Numbered from the stretch's first letter, positions 8,826-17,902 are shown. The stretch: 48,110 nt of DNA from Candidatus Giovannonibacteria bacterium RIFOXYD1_FULL_48_21 (GCA_001778985.1 MFIU01000001.1:1-48110); one strand, 5' to 3'. Made by a program: numbers and translations. Notes: generated by a model from the letters alone, not told the origin.

Positions 8826-10124
8826 ATGAAATTCAACAAAGTCCAAATCGCACTCATCGTCATCGCTCTCGCCGCCACTCTGGTCGCGGTCTTAATTTTT
8901 GCGGGGCTTATCCCGGGTCTCGGTCCCTCGGGCCAAAAGGAAACCAGACAAGTTTTAATGTGGGGAACTTTTCCATCCAGAATTTTACAGGAAGCCTTCC
9001 AAGAGCTGGAGCGCCCGCCGAAAAACATCGAAGTCAGCTACGAAGAGAAAGACCCGGCCACTTTTGAAGCCGAACTTATAAACGCGCTCGCCCGCCAAGC
9101 CGGGCCAGACCTCGTGATTTTCCCGGCGGAATTCATTCTAAAACATAAGGACAAACTCGCTTCCATTTCCTCGGACCTCATTTCCGAAAGGCTCTTTCGG
9201 GACACGTTTGCCGACGGAACGGAAACTCTGATTCGGCCTGAAGGCATTATCGGCCTGCCGTTTTTAATCGACCCATTGGTGCTCTATTACAACCGCGATC
9301 TCTTCAGAAACGAAGCCGTAAGCTCGCCGCCCAAAACCTGGGACGAGTTCCTTGTAACCTCACAAAAACTGACCAAGCTGGACAGCGTGGGCGTGCTCGC
9401 CCGCTCCGGCGCGGCGCTCGGACTCGAATCCAACGTCAGAAATTTCAAAGAAATTTTGTCGCTCTTAATTCTGCAGACCGGCTCGCCTCTAATCGATTCA
9501 ACCACCCTCAAAGTGGTCTTTCGGCCCCAAAGCCAGCCCTCGGGCCCGGACCCGGTGGAGAGCGCTTTGCGTTTTTATACCGAATTTTCCAATCCCCAAA
9601 AAGCCTCTTATTCCTGGTCGCGCTCCTGGCCGAATTCCCGCGAAGCTTTTTCCCAGGAAATTCTCGCCATGTATTTCGGCTTCGGCTCTGAATCCGCGCT
9701 CCTGCGGCAGTTAAACCCGCATCTTAATTTCGACCTGGCCGGGGTGCCGCAGATTAAAGGCGGGAAACTGAACCTGACCTACGGCCGCCTCTTCTCGCTC
9801 GGCATCGTCAAGCAAAGCCGGGCCTCCGAGGCCTCTTTTGAAGTAATTCAGTTTCTACTCGAACGAGAACGGCTCTTGAACACCAGCCAGCGCCTGGGCC
9901 TGGCCCCTTCGCGCCGGGATCTTCTGTCCCAGCGGCCCGAAAATCCAATCCTGGAAACAATCTTTCGCGAGGCGGTAAAATTCAAAACTTGGCTCGACAT
10001 TGATTACGAAAAAACTTCAGAAATTTTCGCGGCAATGATAAAATCAGTTAATAACAAAGCTAAGACCGAAAACCAAGCTTCGCGCGATGCCAAAGAACAA
10101 TTTGAATCTTTATATAGCGAGTAG
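8826..10124 (+). CDS. Extracellular solute-binding protein (family 1)
   Basis: N-terminal TM anchor; GPDL, LYYNRDLF and PPKTWDEF motifs. Confidence 0.85.
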   Translation: MKFNKVQIALIVIALAATLVAVLIFAGLIPGLGPSGQKETRQVLMWGTFPSRILQEAFQELERPPKNIEVSYEEKDPATFEAELINALARQAGPDLVIFPAEFILKHKDKLASISSDLISERLFRDTFADGTETLIRPEGIIGLPFLIDPLVLYYNRDLFRNEAVSSPPKTWDEFLVTSQKLTKLDSVGVLARSGAALGLESNVRNFKEILSLLILQTGSPLIDSTTLKVVFRPQSQPSGPDPVESALRFYTEFSNPQKASYSWSRSWPNSREAFSQEILAMYFGFGSESALLRQLNPHLNFDLAGVPQIKGGKLNLTYGRLFSLGIVKQSRASEASFEVIQFLLERERLLNTSQRLGLAPSRRDLLSQRPENPILETIFREAVKFKTWLDIDYEKTSEIFAAMIKSVNNKAKTENQASRDAKEQFESLYSE

Positions 10125-10959
10125 TCTTCTACTTTTTTTACTTTTTTCTGTTTTCTTCCCTCTCGCCGCCTCGGCGCACGTTGGAATTCCAAACCAGCTC
10201 GTTCCCTGTGGCCTTGGGGACAGGCCTGACTGCGAAGTCTGCCATCTCTACGCCCTCGCGCATAACCTCATGGACTTTATGCTCTGGGCGCTCGCCGCTC
10301 CGCTTCTGGTGGTTGCTTTGATTGCCGGCGGCGTGGTTTGGCTGACTTCCGCGGGCTCGGAAGAAAAGGTGGCCCTCGGCCGCAGGATTTTGTTCTCGGC
10401 GATAATCGGATTTCTGATTGCTTTCGCGGCCTGGGTGATTGTGAATACTATCCTGAATACTCTGGTTTTTCAAAACCCTTTCTATGGCGGGCCGTGGTCT
10501 GATTACAGCTTCTGTAGGTTTGCTCCTTTCGGAGAAGTCGGAGTTATTCCTCCTCCGCCTCCGACGACAGAATGTCAAGAACTTGAAAGGATGGCGCGAG
10601 AAACACCGGTCAGACCGAGCACTGAATTGAATACTTTAATTAATTGCGCTTTTTCTAAAATACCGGCAAGTCTACTAAGCAGGGGAAATATTGCAACAGT
10701 GGATTCGGTTGCTCTCTGTAATACCACTAAAGGAGATGGCCGCTGCAACACCCGCCCTATAAATGAGGGCGGTGTTTGTCATCACTCCCCAAACTCCTGC
10801 CATTATTACGGCGAAGCAGTTGATTTTAACGCCCCGAGTGATTCTTTAGAAAGTCAACTTAATGCCGAGCTAAGGCGAATAGCAGGTGAATGTAATTTTG
10901 GCTTGGTTTACTTCGAGAATAACCATACCCATGTCAGCACTCGTAGCTGTGGCAGATAG
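10087..10959 (+). CDS. VirB2/TrbC-like pilin fused to a peptidase M15-like zinc domain
   Basis: LVPCG...C..C plus pilin TM hairpin (TSAGSEEKV...AIIG), a poly-Pro linker, then H..S.HY.G.A.D...H.HVS. Confidence 0.65.
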   Translation: MPKNNLNLYIASSLLLFLLFSVFFPLAASAHVGIPNQLVPCGLGDRPDCEVCHLYALAHNLMDFMLWALAAPLLVVALIAGGVVWLTSAGSEEKVALGRRILFSAIIGFLIAFAAWVIVNTILNTLVFQNPFYGGPWSDYSFCRFAPFGEVGVIPPPPPTTECQELERMARETPVRPSTELNTLINCAFSKIPASLLSRGNIATVDSVALCNTTKGDGRCNTRPINEGGVCHHSPNSCHYYGEAVDFNAPSDSLESQLNAELRRIAGECNFGLVYFENNHTHVSTRSCGR

Positions 10960-11035
10960 TGTGGATAAATTACTGGAAACATTGTATTATAATAAAAACA
11001 AGGTCGTGAAGACATTTTATCTATAATTTCGAAGT

Positions 11036-11377
11036 ATGATAAAAATTAAAAAAGCCCTGCCGTATGCCTTGGTTGCGGCCGCGCCGTTTTTTGCCCTGGC
11101 ACAGACAGGACAAGCCGGCATTATCGTGGGACGAATCAGAAATCTTGTCAATCAAATAGTCCCCATTCTCCTGATTATAGGCACAGTCGTCTTTCTGTGG
11201 GGAGTGATTCTCTACCTCACGGCCGGAGCAGATGAGGAAAAGCGGGCCAACGCCAGAAGCTTGATGATTTACGGCCTGGTCGGACTTTTTGTGATGGTGG
11301 CGGTTTGGGGCATCGTGAAAGTATTGGTGAACTTCTTTGGAGTTGGAGGCGCAGGCGTTCCTACTGGTGTAATCTAG
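11036..11377 (+). CDS. VirB2/TrbC-like (CPR) pilin
   Basis: Signal peptide and 'FLWGVILYLTAGADEEKR...YGLVGLFVMVAVWGIV'. Confidence 0.8.
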   Translation: MIKIKKALPYALVAAAPFFALAQTGQAGIIVGRIRNLVNQIVPILLIIGTVVFLWGVILYLTAGADEEKRANARSLMIYGLVGLFVMVAVWGIVKVLVNFFGVGGAGVPTGVI

Positions 11378-11705
11378 TCATCTTACTAGTTAATCTTAAA
11401 CAAGATATGAAAACCCTCAAAAAAATACTTCCTTACGCTGTTGCGCTGACTATACCTATTCTTGTATTGGCTCAAGTCGTCACTCCTCTGCCTTCAGGAA
11501 CTCAAAGTATTGTTACCAACATAAAAAACCTGGTCAACAATGTCATCCCGATTCTCCTGATTATAGGCACAGTCGTCTTTCTGTGGGGAGTGATTCTCTA
11601 CCTCACGGCCGGAGCGGATGAGGAAAAGCGGGCCAACGCCAGAAGCTTGATGATTTACGGCCTGGTCGGACTTTTTGTGATGGTGGCGGTTTGGGGCATC
11701 GTGAA
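11165..11705 (+). repeat. 155-bp near-identical direct repeat (11165-11319 and 11551-11705) in two adjacent pilin genes
   Basis: One mismatch in 155 nt; the flanking N- and C-terminal coding parts are divergent. Confidence 0.9.
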
Positions 11706-11778
11706 CGTATTGGTTGGATTCTTCGGTATTACGGGTACGGGTATTCCTGAACGGCCTGGCGACATTCGGGAAATTTAG
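11407..11778 (+). CDS. VirB2/TrbC-like (CPR) pilin
   Basis: ATG at 11407 (MKTLKKILPY); core identical to the previous pilin. Confidence 0.8.
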   Translation: MKTLKKILPYAVALTIPILVLAQVVTPLPSGTQSIVTNIKNLVNNVIPILLIIGTVVFLWGVILYLTAGADEEKRANARSLMIYGLVGLFVMVAVWGIVNVLVGFFGITGTGIPERPGDIREI

Positions 11779-11784
11779 AGCGGC

Positions 11785-12045
11785 ATGGTGGTCTATGCCA
11801 AGACCATTGAAGAGGTAATCGGGGTTGTCTCGAGCCAGATTCTAAGACCGATTGTTCTGCTTTTATTCGCGCTTGCCGCTGTCCTTTTCTTCTGGGGGGT
11901 TGTGGAGTTTATGTTAAACCGCGACAACGAAGAAGAAAGGGGCAAGGGCAAGCGCCATATGGTTTGGGGGCTGGTCGGACTTTTGATAATGTTCGCGGTA
12001 AACGGAATTCTCTGGCTTTTAGCAAATTTCGTAAGCTCAATATAA
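11785..12045 (+). CDS. VirB2/TrbC-like (CPR) pilin
   Basis: FFWGVVEF...EEERGKGKRHMVWGLVGL. Confidence 0.75.
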   Translation: MVVYAKTIEEVIGVVSSQILRPIVLLLFALAAVLFFWGVVEFMLNRDNEEERGKGKRHMVWGLVGLLIMFAVNGILWLLANFVSSI

Positions 12046-12049
12046 ATTC

Positions 12050-12340
12050 ATGAGTTTGGAATTAATCATCGGCAGAATCACCACTCTTTTAAATTCGGTC
12101 CTGCCGATTTTGTTTTTGCTCGCCACCGTTGTTTTTCTCTGGGGCGTGATTTTATACATCACGGCCGGCGGCGATGAAGAAAAAAGAAAAGAGGGCCGAA
12201 ATTACATTATCTATGGTTTAATTGGTCTTTTCGTGATGGTAGCGGTTTGGGGAATCGTGAACGTTATGATTGGATTTTTCTTCCCGGGCGGTGCGCCCAT
12301 CACTCCTCCCCCCATACCTATAATTCCAGGCACCCCTTGA
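12050..12340 (+). CDS. VirB2/TrbC-like (CPR) pilin
   Basis: FLWGVILYITAGGDEEKRKEGRNYIIYGLIGL; Pro-rich tail. Confidence 0.8.
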   Translation: MSLELIIGRITTLLNSVLPILFLLATVVFLWGVILYITAGGDEEKRKEGRNYIIYGLIGLFVMVAVWGIVNVMIGFFFPGGAPITPPPIPIIPGTP

Positions 12341-12424
12341 AAAATTTTCTGAAATTCTCTCTCGGTTTTATCGCCATTTTAGTTCTGGCTTTGGCGATTT
12401 TTTACGCTCTGCAGTATCTTCAAG

Positions 12425-12465
12425 CTTGAAGTGTTTACACTGAGCGAGCGTAGCGAGCCGAAGTG
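12425..12465. repeat. REP-like element (ACTGAGCG...CGAAGTG family) abutting a tRNA 3' end
   Basis: First 25 nt identical to 38065-38089; related copies at 12859-12883 and 36816-36835. Confidence 0.75.
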
Positions 12466-12507
12466 TGCGGGTAGGCGGAATTGAACCGCCGTCTCGTCCT
12501 TGGCAAG

Positions 12508-12726
12508 TCCCGCAAATTCTTGCGAGCAAAGCGAGTAATTGAATTTGCGAGGATCCCGTGATAATGAACGGAACAATTGATTATGTGTTTGAATTAAACA
12601 GTGCGAGCGGCGGGAGTTGAACCCGCGCCATCTGCTTGGCAAGCAGACGTACTGCCACTATACTACGCTCGCAAGAAAAACGGGATCCTCGAAAAATATA
12701 TTCGCTCCGCTCATTATTTTTCGGGA
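12508..12726. mobile_element. Composite insert: two inverted hairpin repeats (12508-12559, 12680-12726) flanking a tRNA-Gly
   Basis: Each arm reads CGGGATCCTCG-stem-(T/C)TCGCTnnGCTC-stem-CGGGA; the arms are inverted; a third copy lies at 36885-36931. Confidence 0.75.
12602..12672 (-). tRNA. tRNA-Gly(GCC), nested inside the interrupted tRNA-Gly
   Basis: Complete cloverleaf GCGAGCG...TCTGC TT GCC AA GCAGA...GCGGG TTCAACT CCCGC CGCTCGC A. Confidence 0.95.
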
Positions 12727-12768
12727 GACCATTCTGCCACTAAACCATACCCGCCTTTTTTAATTTTT

Positions 12769-12855
12769 TGGTGCCGAGGGGGAGATTTGAACTCCCATGT
12801 CCTTTCGGACGCTAGCTCCTAAAGCTAGTGTGTCTGCCAGTTCCACCACCTCGGC
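12769..12855 (-). tRNA. tRNA-Leu(TAG)
   Basis: CTAGC TT TAG GA GCTAG; long variable arm; encoded CCA. Confidence 0.95.
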
Positions 12856-12883
12856 GAATGTTTACGCTGAGCCAGTCGAAGTG

Positions 12884-12965
12884 TGGGCGAGGTGGGAGTT
12901 GAACCCACACGCCTTGCGGCACACGATCTTAAGTCGTGCGTGTCTGCCAGTTCCACCACTCGCCC
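12884..12965 (-). tRNA. tRNA-Leu(TAA)
   Basis: CACGA CT TAA GA TCGTG; long variable arm. Confidence 0.95.
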
Positions 12966-12977
12966 TCTCGCTTGGGG

Positions 12978-13049
12978 AGGCCTGGGAGGGAATTGAACCC
13001 TCGTATAAGGGATTTGCAGTCCCTTGCCTTACCACTTGGCTACCAGGCC
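12978..13049 (-). tRNA. tRNA-Cys(GCA)
   Basis: AGGGA CT GCA AA TCCCT; U73 discriminator. Confidence 0.95.
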
Positions 13050-13068
13050 GTTTCGGCAAAGCTACCAT

Positions 13069-13401
13069 TTATTTCGTTTTCTTCAAGAGGTCTTCGATTT
13101 TCAACCACTTCTTCTCGGATTCATCGAGCCGGAATTCCATCTCCGGCAAAAATTTGGTTTTGACTTTATCGGCCAAATGCAGTTTCAGCTCCGGCTTCAA
13201 ATTCTCTAAAGATTTTAGCACATTTTTCTCCTCTTGGTCAGGCCAAACCGAATAATATATCAGAAGGCGATCCAGCTTTTTGGAAAGCTCTGCCTTGGTT
13301 ACCACCGCGATGCCTTTTTCCGGCCTCAACTCTCTTTGCAGATAGGACGCGATTGTTTTTTGGTAGAGGGCGGCCAGTCTTTCCTGACGCCGGGAGTTCA
13401 T
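13069..13401 (-). CDS. rbfA: Ribosome-binding factor A
   Basis: RRQERLA...PEMEFRLDES; follows infB. Confidence 0.85.
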   Translation of the reverse strand: MNSRRQERLAALYQKTIASYLQRELRPEKGIAVVTKAELSKKLDRLLIYYSVWPDQEEKNVLKSLENLKPELKLHLADKVKTKFLPEMEFRLDESEKKWLKIEDLLKKTK

Positions 13402-14858
13402 GCCTCTTCGAAAATCTCGAACTTGTCTCCGGGCGCCACTTCCAGAGAAATCTCCACCAGCGCCCCGAACTCCTGCCCTTCTAAAATTTCCCTTACTTTA
13501 ATCCTGCCGCTCTGGAGCTCCAGAATTTTTCCCTCGCCCAGCGGGAAATCCCGGCGCAGGAGCCTGAAGCGTTTTTGCTGAAAAATTCCGCCGGTTTCAA
13601 CCTTTCCGCCCACTATCTTTTTGGAGCCGTCGTCCCTAAAAATTTTAACAATCTTGGCAGTGCCCAAAATTTTTCTGCTCGGCTCGCGCGCGCTGATTTT
13701 AGCTATTTCATTTTTAAGCCAGTCCCCGAGTTCGTAAATCAGCTCGAAACACTGGACCCGAACCCCGAAACGCTCGGCAGCGAGTCTCGCCCCTTTCCCA
13801 ACTTTAACCCTGAACCCGAGCACCACGGAAAGAGGATTGGCTGAAGCCAGCTGGATGTCGTCCTCGGTGATGTTTCCGACCTGGGAGCGCAAAATCGCCA
13901 GGGTTAGACCAGTCGCGGCGAGCTTTGACAGCTCTTCTTCCAAAGCCTCCAAAGAACCCGCGGCATCCGCTTTAAGAACGAGCGGCATGGTTTTTTCTCC
14001 TTCTGCGGTCTGCGGCCGCGGGCTCTGAATTGCACTAGCGACTCCCCTAGATAAAGCTTCTTCTAATTTTTCTTTAACCTCAAAGACCTGAAACGTCGCG
14101 CCGATTCTAACCGCTTGGTTGAAACCTAAAACCCGAACCGGACTCGAGGCCAAAACTTTCTCTATCGAATGTCCGTTAAAATCTTCCATAATTTTTGTTT
14201 TGACCGAAGCTTCGCCGGCCAAAATCCAATCCCCGCGCTCGAGCGTTCCTTCCAGAAGAAGCAAAGTGGCGGCCTGGCCGCGCTTGGAATCCAGATGAGA
14301 TTCTATCACCACTCCCGAAGCCGGTTTCGTAAAATCGCACTCCAAGTTCCCCAACTCGGCCAAAAGCAAAATCAGCTCCAAGAGTTCCGGGACGCCCTCT
14401 CCGGTCTTGGCGGAAACTTTGGCGAGCGGCACCTTTCCGCCCCATTCCTCCAAAATCACCTCCTTGTCGCCAAGTCCTTTTTTGACCCGCTCCAAGTCCA
14501 GCCCCGCTTTGTCGATTTTATTTAAAACTACGATGAAAGGGAGCGCGGCTTCCTGAATCACGGCGAGCGCTTCCTCGGTCTGGGGTTTAACGCCGTCGTC
14601 AGCCGCCACCACCAAGAGAGCGATGTCAGCCACCCGGGCGCCCCGCGAGCGCATCTTGGAGAAGGCTTCGTGGCCCGGGGTATCAATAAAAGTTATGGCT
14701 TTCGGCTGTTTTATCTCGTAAGCGCCGATGTGCTGGGTAATGCCGCCAGCCTCTTTTTCAGCCACGCTGGTTTCGCGGATTTTGTCCAAAAGCGTAGTTT
14801 TGCCGTGGTCAATATGGCCCAAAACCACAACAATAGGAGCTCTTTTGTCTTTTGCCAT
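13398..14858 (-). CDS. infB: Translation initiation factor IF-2 (no N-terminal domain)
   Basis: [30 protein letters not shown]. Confidence 0.95.
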   Translation of the reverse strand: MAKDKRAPIVVVLGHIDHGKTTLLDKIRETSVAEKEAGGITQHIGAYEIKQPKAITFIDTPGHEAFSKMRSRGARVADIALLVVAADDGVKPQTEEALAVIQEAALPFIVVLNKIDKAGLDLERVKKGLGDKEVILEEWGGKVPLAKVSAKTGEGVPELLELILLLAELGNLECDFTKPASGVVIESHLDSKRGQAATLLLLEGTLERGDWILAGEASVKTKIMEDFNGHSIEKVLASSPVRVLGFNQAVRIGATFQVFEVKEKLEEALSRGVASAIQSPRPQTAEGEKTMPLVLKADAAGSLEALEEELSKLAATGLTLAILRSQVGNITEDDIQLASANPLSVVLGFRVKVGKGARLAAERFGVRVQCFELIYELGDWLKNEIAKISAREPSRKILGTAKIVKIFRDDGSKKIVGGKVETGGIFQQKRFRLLRRDFPLGEGKILELQSGRIKVREILEGQEFGALVEISLEVAPGDKFEIFEEA

Positions 14859-14864
14859 GAAAAT

Positions 14865-15314
14865 TTATTTCTTTAATGCCTCTTCAATGGCCAGAAGCTC
14901 TTCTTTGGCAAGCTGGTACTTAGAGGAGGCGTTCTCCAAAGGCTTGGCGTAAATCCTGGAATTCTCTCGGCCGTAAAGGGAGGAGACGACGATTCCGTTT
15001 TTTTTCTCGTCCATCAGCGCTATGGAAAAACTCTGGTCCCCGCCAGCGTCCTGAAAAGGATTAAACCTGACAACGCCCACGTACTGCACCGAGCGCCTCA
15101 AGCGCCGCTCCACCGTTTCCAGATATTTCTCGATTTCTTCCCGGGAATTATGCAACTCCTGCAGCTCTTTGGCCACGGCCCGGAGAATGTCTTCCAAATC
15201 TCCGGCTTTCTTTCCGCCAAAGACCCGCCGGAGCCGAATTTCCAGATAGATAAGCCAGCCGCTGACGGCGAGGGCCAGCGCCCCGATAATATAAATTAAA
15301 ATTTGCTGATTCAT
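14865..15314 (-). CDS. DUF4446 family protein
   Basis: N-terminal TM, coiled coil, '[21 protein letters not shown]...YAKP'. Confidence 0.8.
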   Translation of the reverse strand: MNQQILIYIIGALALAVSGWLIYLEIRLRRVFGGKKAGDLEDILRAVAKELQELHNSREEIEKYLETVERRLRRSVQYVGVVRFNPFQDAGGDQSFSIALMDEKKNGIVVSSLYGRENSRIYAKPLENASSKYQLAKEELLAIEEALKK

Positions 15315-15339
15315 AAAGTAAAAATTTAATCAGACGCAG

Positions 15340-15426
15340 CGGAGGCGGGAGGATTCGAACCTCCGATGCCGTTTCCGGCATACCGCTTTTCGAGAGCGGC
15401 GCTTTCAACCACTCAGCCACGCCTCC
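15340..15426 (-). tRNA. tRNA-Ser(CGA)
   Basis: CCGCT CT CGA AA AGCGG; long variable arm; G73. Confidence 0.95.
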
Positions 15427-15472
15427 CTCATAAAGACAAAAGTATCTCCAATTTAGCAAAATTTTGTCAAAT

Positions 15473-15504
15473 AGAAAAGGGCGGTTTGCGGCCGCGCCTT
15501 TTCT
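15473..15504. terminator. Bidirectional rho-independent terminator
   Basis: AGAAAAGGGCGG...CCGCGCCTTTTCT. Confidence 0.6.
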
Positions 15505-15512
15505 TGAACTCC

Positions 15513-15617
15513 TCAAATGCCCTCTTTCGGGATTGTCTTCTTTAGTTCCTTACCATACCTGACAAACAAGTACACCCCGAAGAAGGCACAAGCGAGGAGG
15601 AAAAAAATATATCCCAT
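15513..15617 (-). CDS. 34-aa single-TM small protein (not in the ORF track)
   Basis: MGYIFFLLACAFFGVYLFVRYGKELKKTIPKEGI*; GGAGGT SD; TTGCTT-17-TATAGT promoter upstream; terminator downstream. Confidence 0.6.
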   Translation of the reverse strand: MGYIFFLLACAFFGVYLFVRYGKELKKTIPKEGI

Positions 15618-15678
15618 AGCACCTCCCCAAGAACTATTGTTATTACTATACACCGAAATAGAGAAAAAAGCAACCTAG

Positions 15679-15749
15679 TGGACCCACCGAGGATTGAACT
15701 CGGACCTCATCCATGCCATGGATGCGTAATACCATTTTACTATGGGCCC
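15679..15749 (-). tRNA. tRNA-Ala(GGC)
   Basis: CATCC AT GGC AT GGATG; G3-U70 pair. Confidence 0.93.
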
Positions 15750-15750
15750 G

Positions 15751-15822
15751 CGCCCCCAGACCGAATCGAACGGTCATCTATTCCTTAGGACGGAATTATT
15801 CTGTCCGTTGAACTATGGGGGC
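15751..15822 (-). tRNA. tRNA-Arg(CCT)
   Basis: ATTCC GT CCT AA GGAAT. Confidence 0.93.
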
Positions 15823-15841
15823 GTATGGTAGAATTATACAT

Positions 15842-16909
15842 ATGACTGAACATGAAAAAAAGATTACCGAGGCGGTCGAAAAAGTTCTGCCTGCGGTGGT
15901 TTCCATTACCATCACCAAAGAGGTGAAAGACATCACCAAAGACCTGCCGCTCGATTTTTTCCGCCTGCCTCATTATCAGGAATTTTTGGAGCATGAGATT
16001 GAACACGCGCCCAAAGACGACAAAGGCCGAATCAAGGTCGGCGGCGGCTCCGGCTTTTTCGTATCCAGGGATGGCTTAATCCTCACGAACCGACACGTGG
16101 TGATAGACAAGCACGCCGCTTACAGCATTCTCGCGCCCGGAGATAAAAATTACGAGGCCGCGGTTCTGGCGCGGGACCCCATCAACGACGTGGCTATTTT
16201 GAAAATAAAAGGGAAAGTAAGCGAAGTTCCCTTCATCAATACCGGCGCCACCAAGAACCTAAAGCTCGGCCAGAGCGTGATCGCGGTCGGAAACGCCTTG
16301 GGCGAGTTTCAAAATACCGTTTCCACCGGCGTCATCTCCGGACTTTCGCGTTTCATCTCGGCGGCGGCCGACGTCATGGGGCATCAGGAAAGGCTCCGCG
16401 GCTTGATTCAGACCGATGCCGCCATCAACCCGGGGAATTCCGGCGGGCCCTTGGTCAACCTAGATGGCGAGGCGGTCGGAATAAACGTGGCTGTGGTTTT
16501 CGGCGCACAGAACATCGGTTTCGCGATTCCGATTGAGCGCGCCAAAAAGGATTTGGAAGAAATTCAAAAATTCGGCAGAATCCGCCGTCCCTTCTTGGGA
16601 GTGCGTTATCTTCTGCTCAATAAATTTCTAAAAGAGCGCTTCGGATTGCCGATTGACCACGGGGCGCTCGTCATAAATGAAGGAATCCCGGGAGATTTAG
16701 CGGTGGTTCCCCAATCTCCAGCGGATAAAGCCGGATTGAAGGAGTTTGACGTCATTACCCACTGCGACGGCAAGGAAATTTCGGACAAAGAAACTCTGGA
16801 AGAACTTCTCTCCCAGCGCGAGATCGGCGACGCCGTGGAACTTAAAGTCTTCCGACAGGGGAAAGAACTGCCGATTAAACTAAAGCTGGAGGAACACCAA
16901 AAAGTCTAG
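15842..16909 (+). CDS. htrA: HtrA/DegP-family serine protease with PDZ domain
   Basis: TNRHV, DVAILK, QTDAAINPGNSGGP, C-terminal PDZ; start moved to ATG 15842 because 15815 overlaps a tRNA. Confidence 0.9.
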   Translation: MTEHEKKITEAVEKVLPAVVSITITKEVKDITKDLPLDFFRLPHYQEFLEHEIEHAPKDDKGRIKVGGGSGFFVSRDGLILTNRHVVIDKHAAYSILAPGDKNYEAAVLARDPINDVAILKIKGKVSEVPFINTGATKNLKLGQSVIAVGNALGEFQNTVSTGVISGLSRFISAAADVMGHQERLRGLIQTDAAINPGNSGGPLVNLDGEAVGINVAVVFGAQNIGFAIPIERAKKDLEEIQKFGRIRRPFLGVRYLLLNKFLKERFGLPIDHGALVINEGIPGDLAVVPQSPADKAGLKEFDVITHCDGKEISDKETLEELLSQREIGDAVELKVFRQGKELPIKLKLEEHQKV

Positions 16910-16913
16910 GCCT

Positions 16914-17150
16914 TTATTTTATCTCCAAAAGCTCCTTTAGCTTCACTTCGTCAAAACCAATCACTATCTGGCCGTCGATATCAATGACCGGAACGCCCAG
17001 CTGTTCGGTTTTATGAACCATCTCCTCCCTGGCTTGGGCGTCCTGGGCGACGTTATACTCGGTATATTTTATATTATTCTTTTCAAAAAGCGCCTTGGCC
17101 ATCCGGCAGTAAACGCAGGTCGGAGTAGTGTAAATTTTAACTTCTTTCAT
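16914..17150 (-). CDS. Glutaredoxin (NrdH/YruB-like)
   Basis: YTTPTCVYC, GVPVI, GFD. Confidence 0.9.
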   Translation of the reverse strand: MKEVKIYTTPTCVYCRMAKALFEKNNIKYTEYNVAQDAQAREEMVHKTEQLGVPVIDIDGQIVIGFDEVKLKELLEIK

Positions 17151-17163
17151 AGAATTTAGAATA

Positions 17164-17865
17164 TCAGTAGCCGCTAAATTCTTCAAAACGGAGCTCGTCG
17201 CGGGAAATTTTTAATTCTTCCAGAATTTTTGTCATGGCTTGGACCATTTCCGGCGGCCCCACCACGTAAAAAATGGTATCCCCGAAATCCCCCACGTTTT
17301 TTTTGACGTCGTCGGCGTCCACATAGCCCGCCTCGTCCGTCATTTTGGCGAAAAGCTTAAAATTTGGATTCTCGCCCGCCCACTTTTTCAAATCGTCCAG
17401 AAAGGCGGTTGATTTAGGATTTCGGTTAGAGTAAATCAAGACGATTTTATGCGGGAGTTTTTCTTCCGCGGCGTATTTAATAATGCTCCGAACTGGGGTG
17501 ATGCCGATGCCGCCCGTGATGAAGGCCGCTTTCTTCTCCGGATTTTCGTGAAGGACAAAATTCCCGCGAGGCCCTTTTACTTTGACTTTGGTCCCAAGGT
17601 GAATTTCGGCCAAACTGCGCTTGAAAGCCGAAGGCCTCATTCTGGTCGCCACCATCAAGATTCCTTTGTCATTCGGACTCGAGGCGATTGAGAAATGGCG
17701 CTCGTTCCCCTTCTCATCGGTATAGGGCGGGTTTTCCAGTTCTATTTCAATATACTGTCCGGCCCGAAAAGTAAAATCCGGCGCCGCCGAAGTATCGAAA
17801 ACAAAAGCTGTCGTTCCTTCGGCGACTTCAAAACGCTCTTTCAATGGAAAATTATATTCGGGCAT
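17164..17865 (-). CDS. FAD/NAD(P)-binding oxidoreductase (ferredoxin reductase family)
   Basis: GQY, RHFSIASSP, GGIGITP, YSNR, VGPP, E.F motifs. Confidence 0.9.
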   Translation of the reverse strand: MPEYNFPLKERFEVAEGTTAFVFDTSAAPDFTFRAGQYIEIELENPPYTDEKGNERHFSIASSPNDKGILMVATRMRPSAFKRSLAEIHLGTKVKVKGPRGNFVLHENPEKKAAFITGGIGITPVRSIIKYAAEEKLPHKIVLIYSNRNPKSTAFLDDLKKWAGENPNFKLFAKMTDEAGYVDADDVKKNVGDFGDTIFYVVGPPEMVQAMTKILEELKISRDELRFEEFSGY

Positions 17866-17902
17866 AGAAGTCTTTTAATTATAAAAAATATTCTAAAAAT
17901 AT

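Larger units (their letters stand above)
12466..12754 (-). tRNA. Interrupted (outer) tRNA-Gly(GCC): 5' part 12727-12754, 3' part 12466-12507
   Basis: 5' GCGGGTATGGTTTAGTGGCAGAATGGTC plus 3' CTTGCCAAGGACGAGACGGCGGTTCAATTCCGCCTACCCGCA; acceptor and T stems perfect; 219-nt insert in the anticodon stem; the rejoined anticodon stem is 1 nt short. Confidence 0.85.

Noticed and set aside
11036-11778. DGR template/variable repeat pair
   Set aside because: Only one synonymous mismatch, both copies are in coding cores, and there is no reverse transcriptase in the window
12508-12726. Group I intron or BHB-type intron in tRNA-Gly
   Set aside because: No recognisable group I core or terminal G; no bulge-helix-bulge; non-canonical position; the insert is fully explained by two repeats, a tRNA and short spacers
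12379-13255. ORF-track ORFs over the tRNA cluster
   Set aside because: They overlap tRNA genes and lack protein-like features
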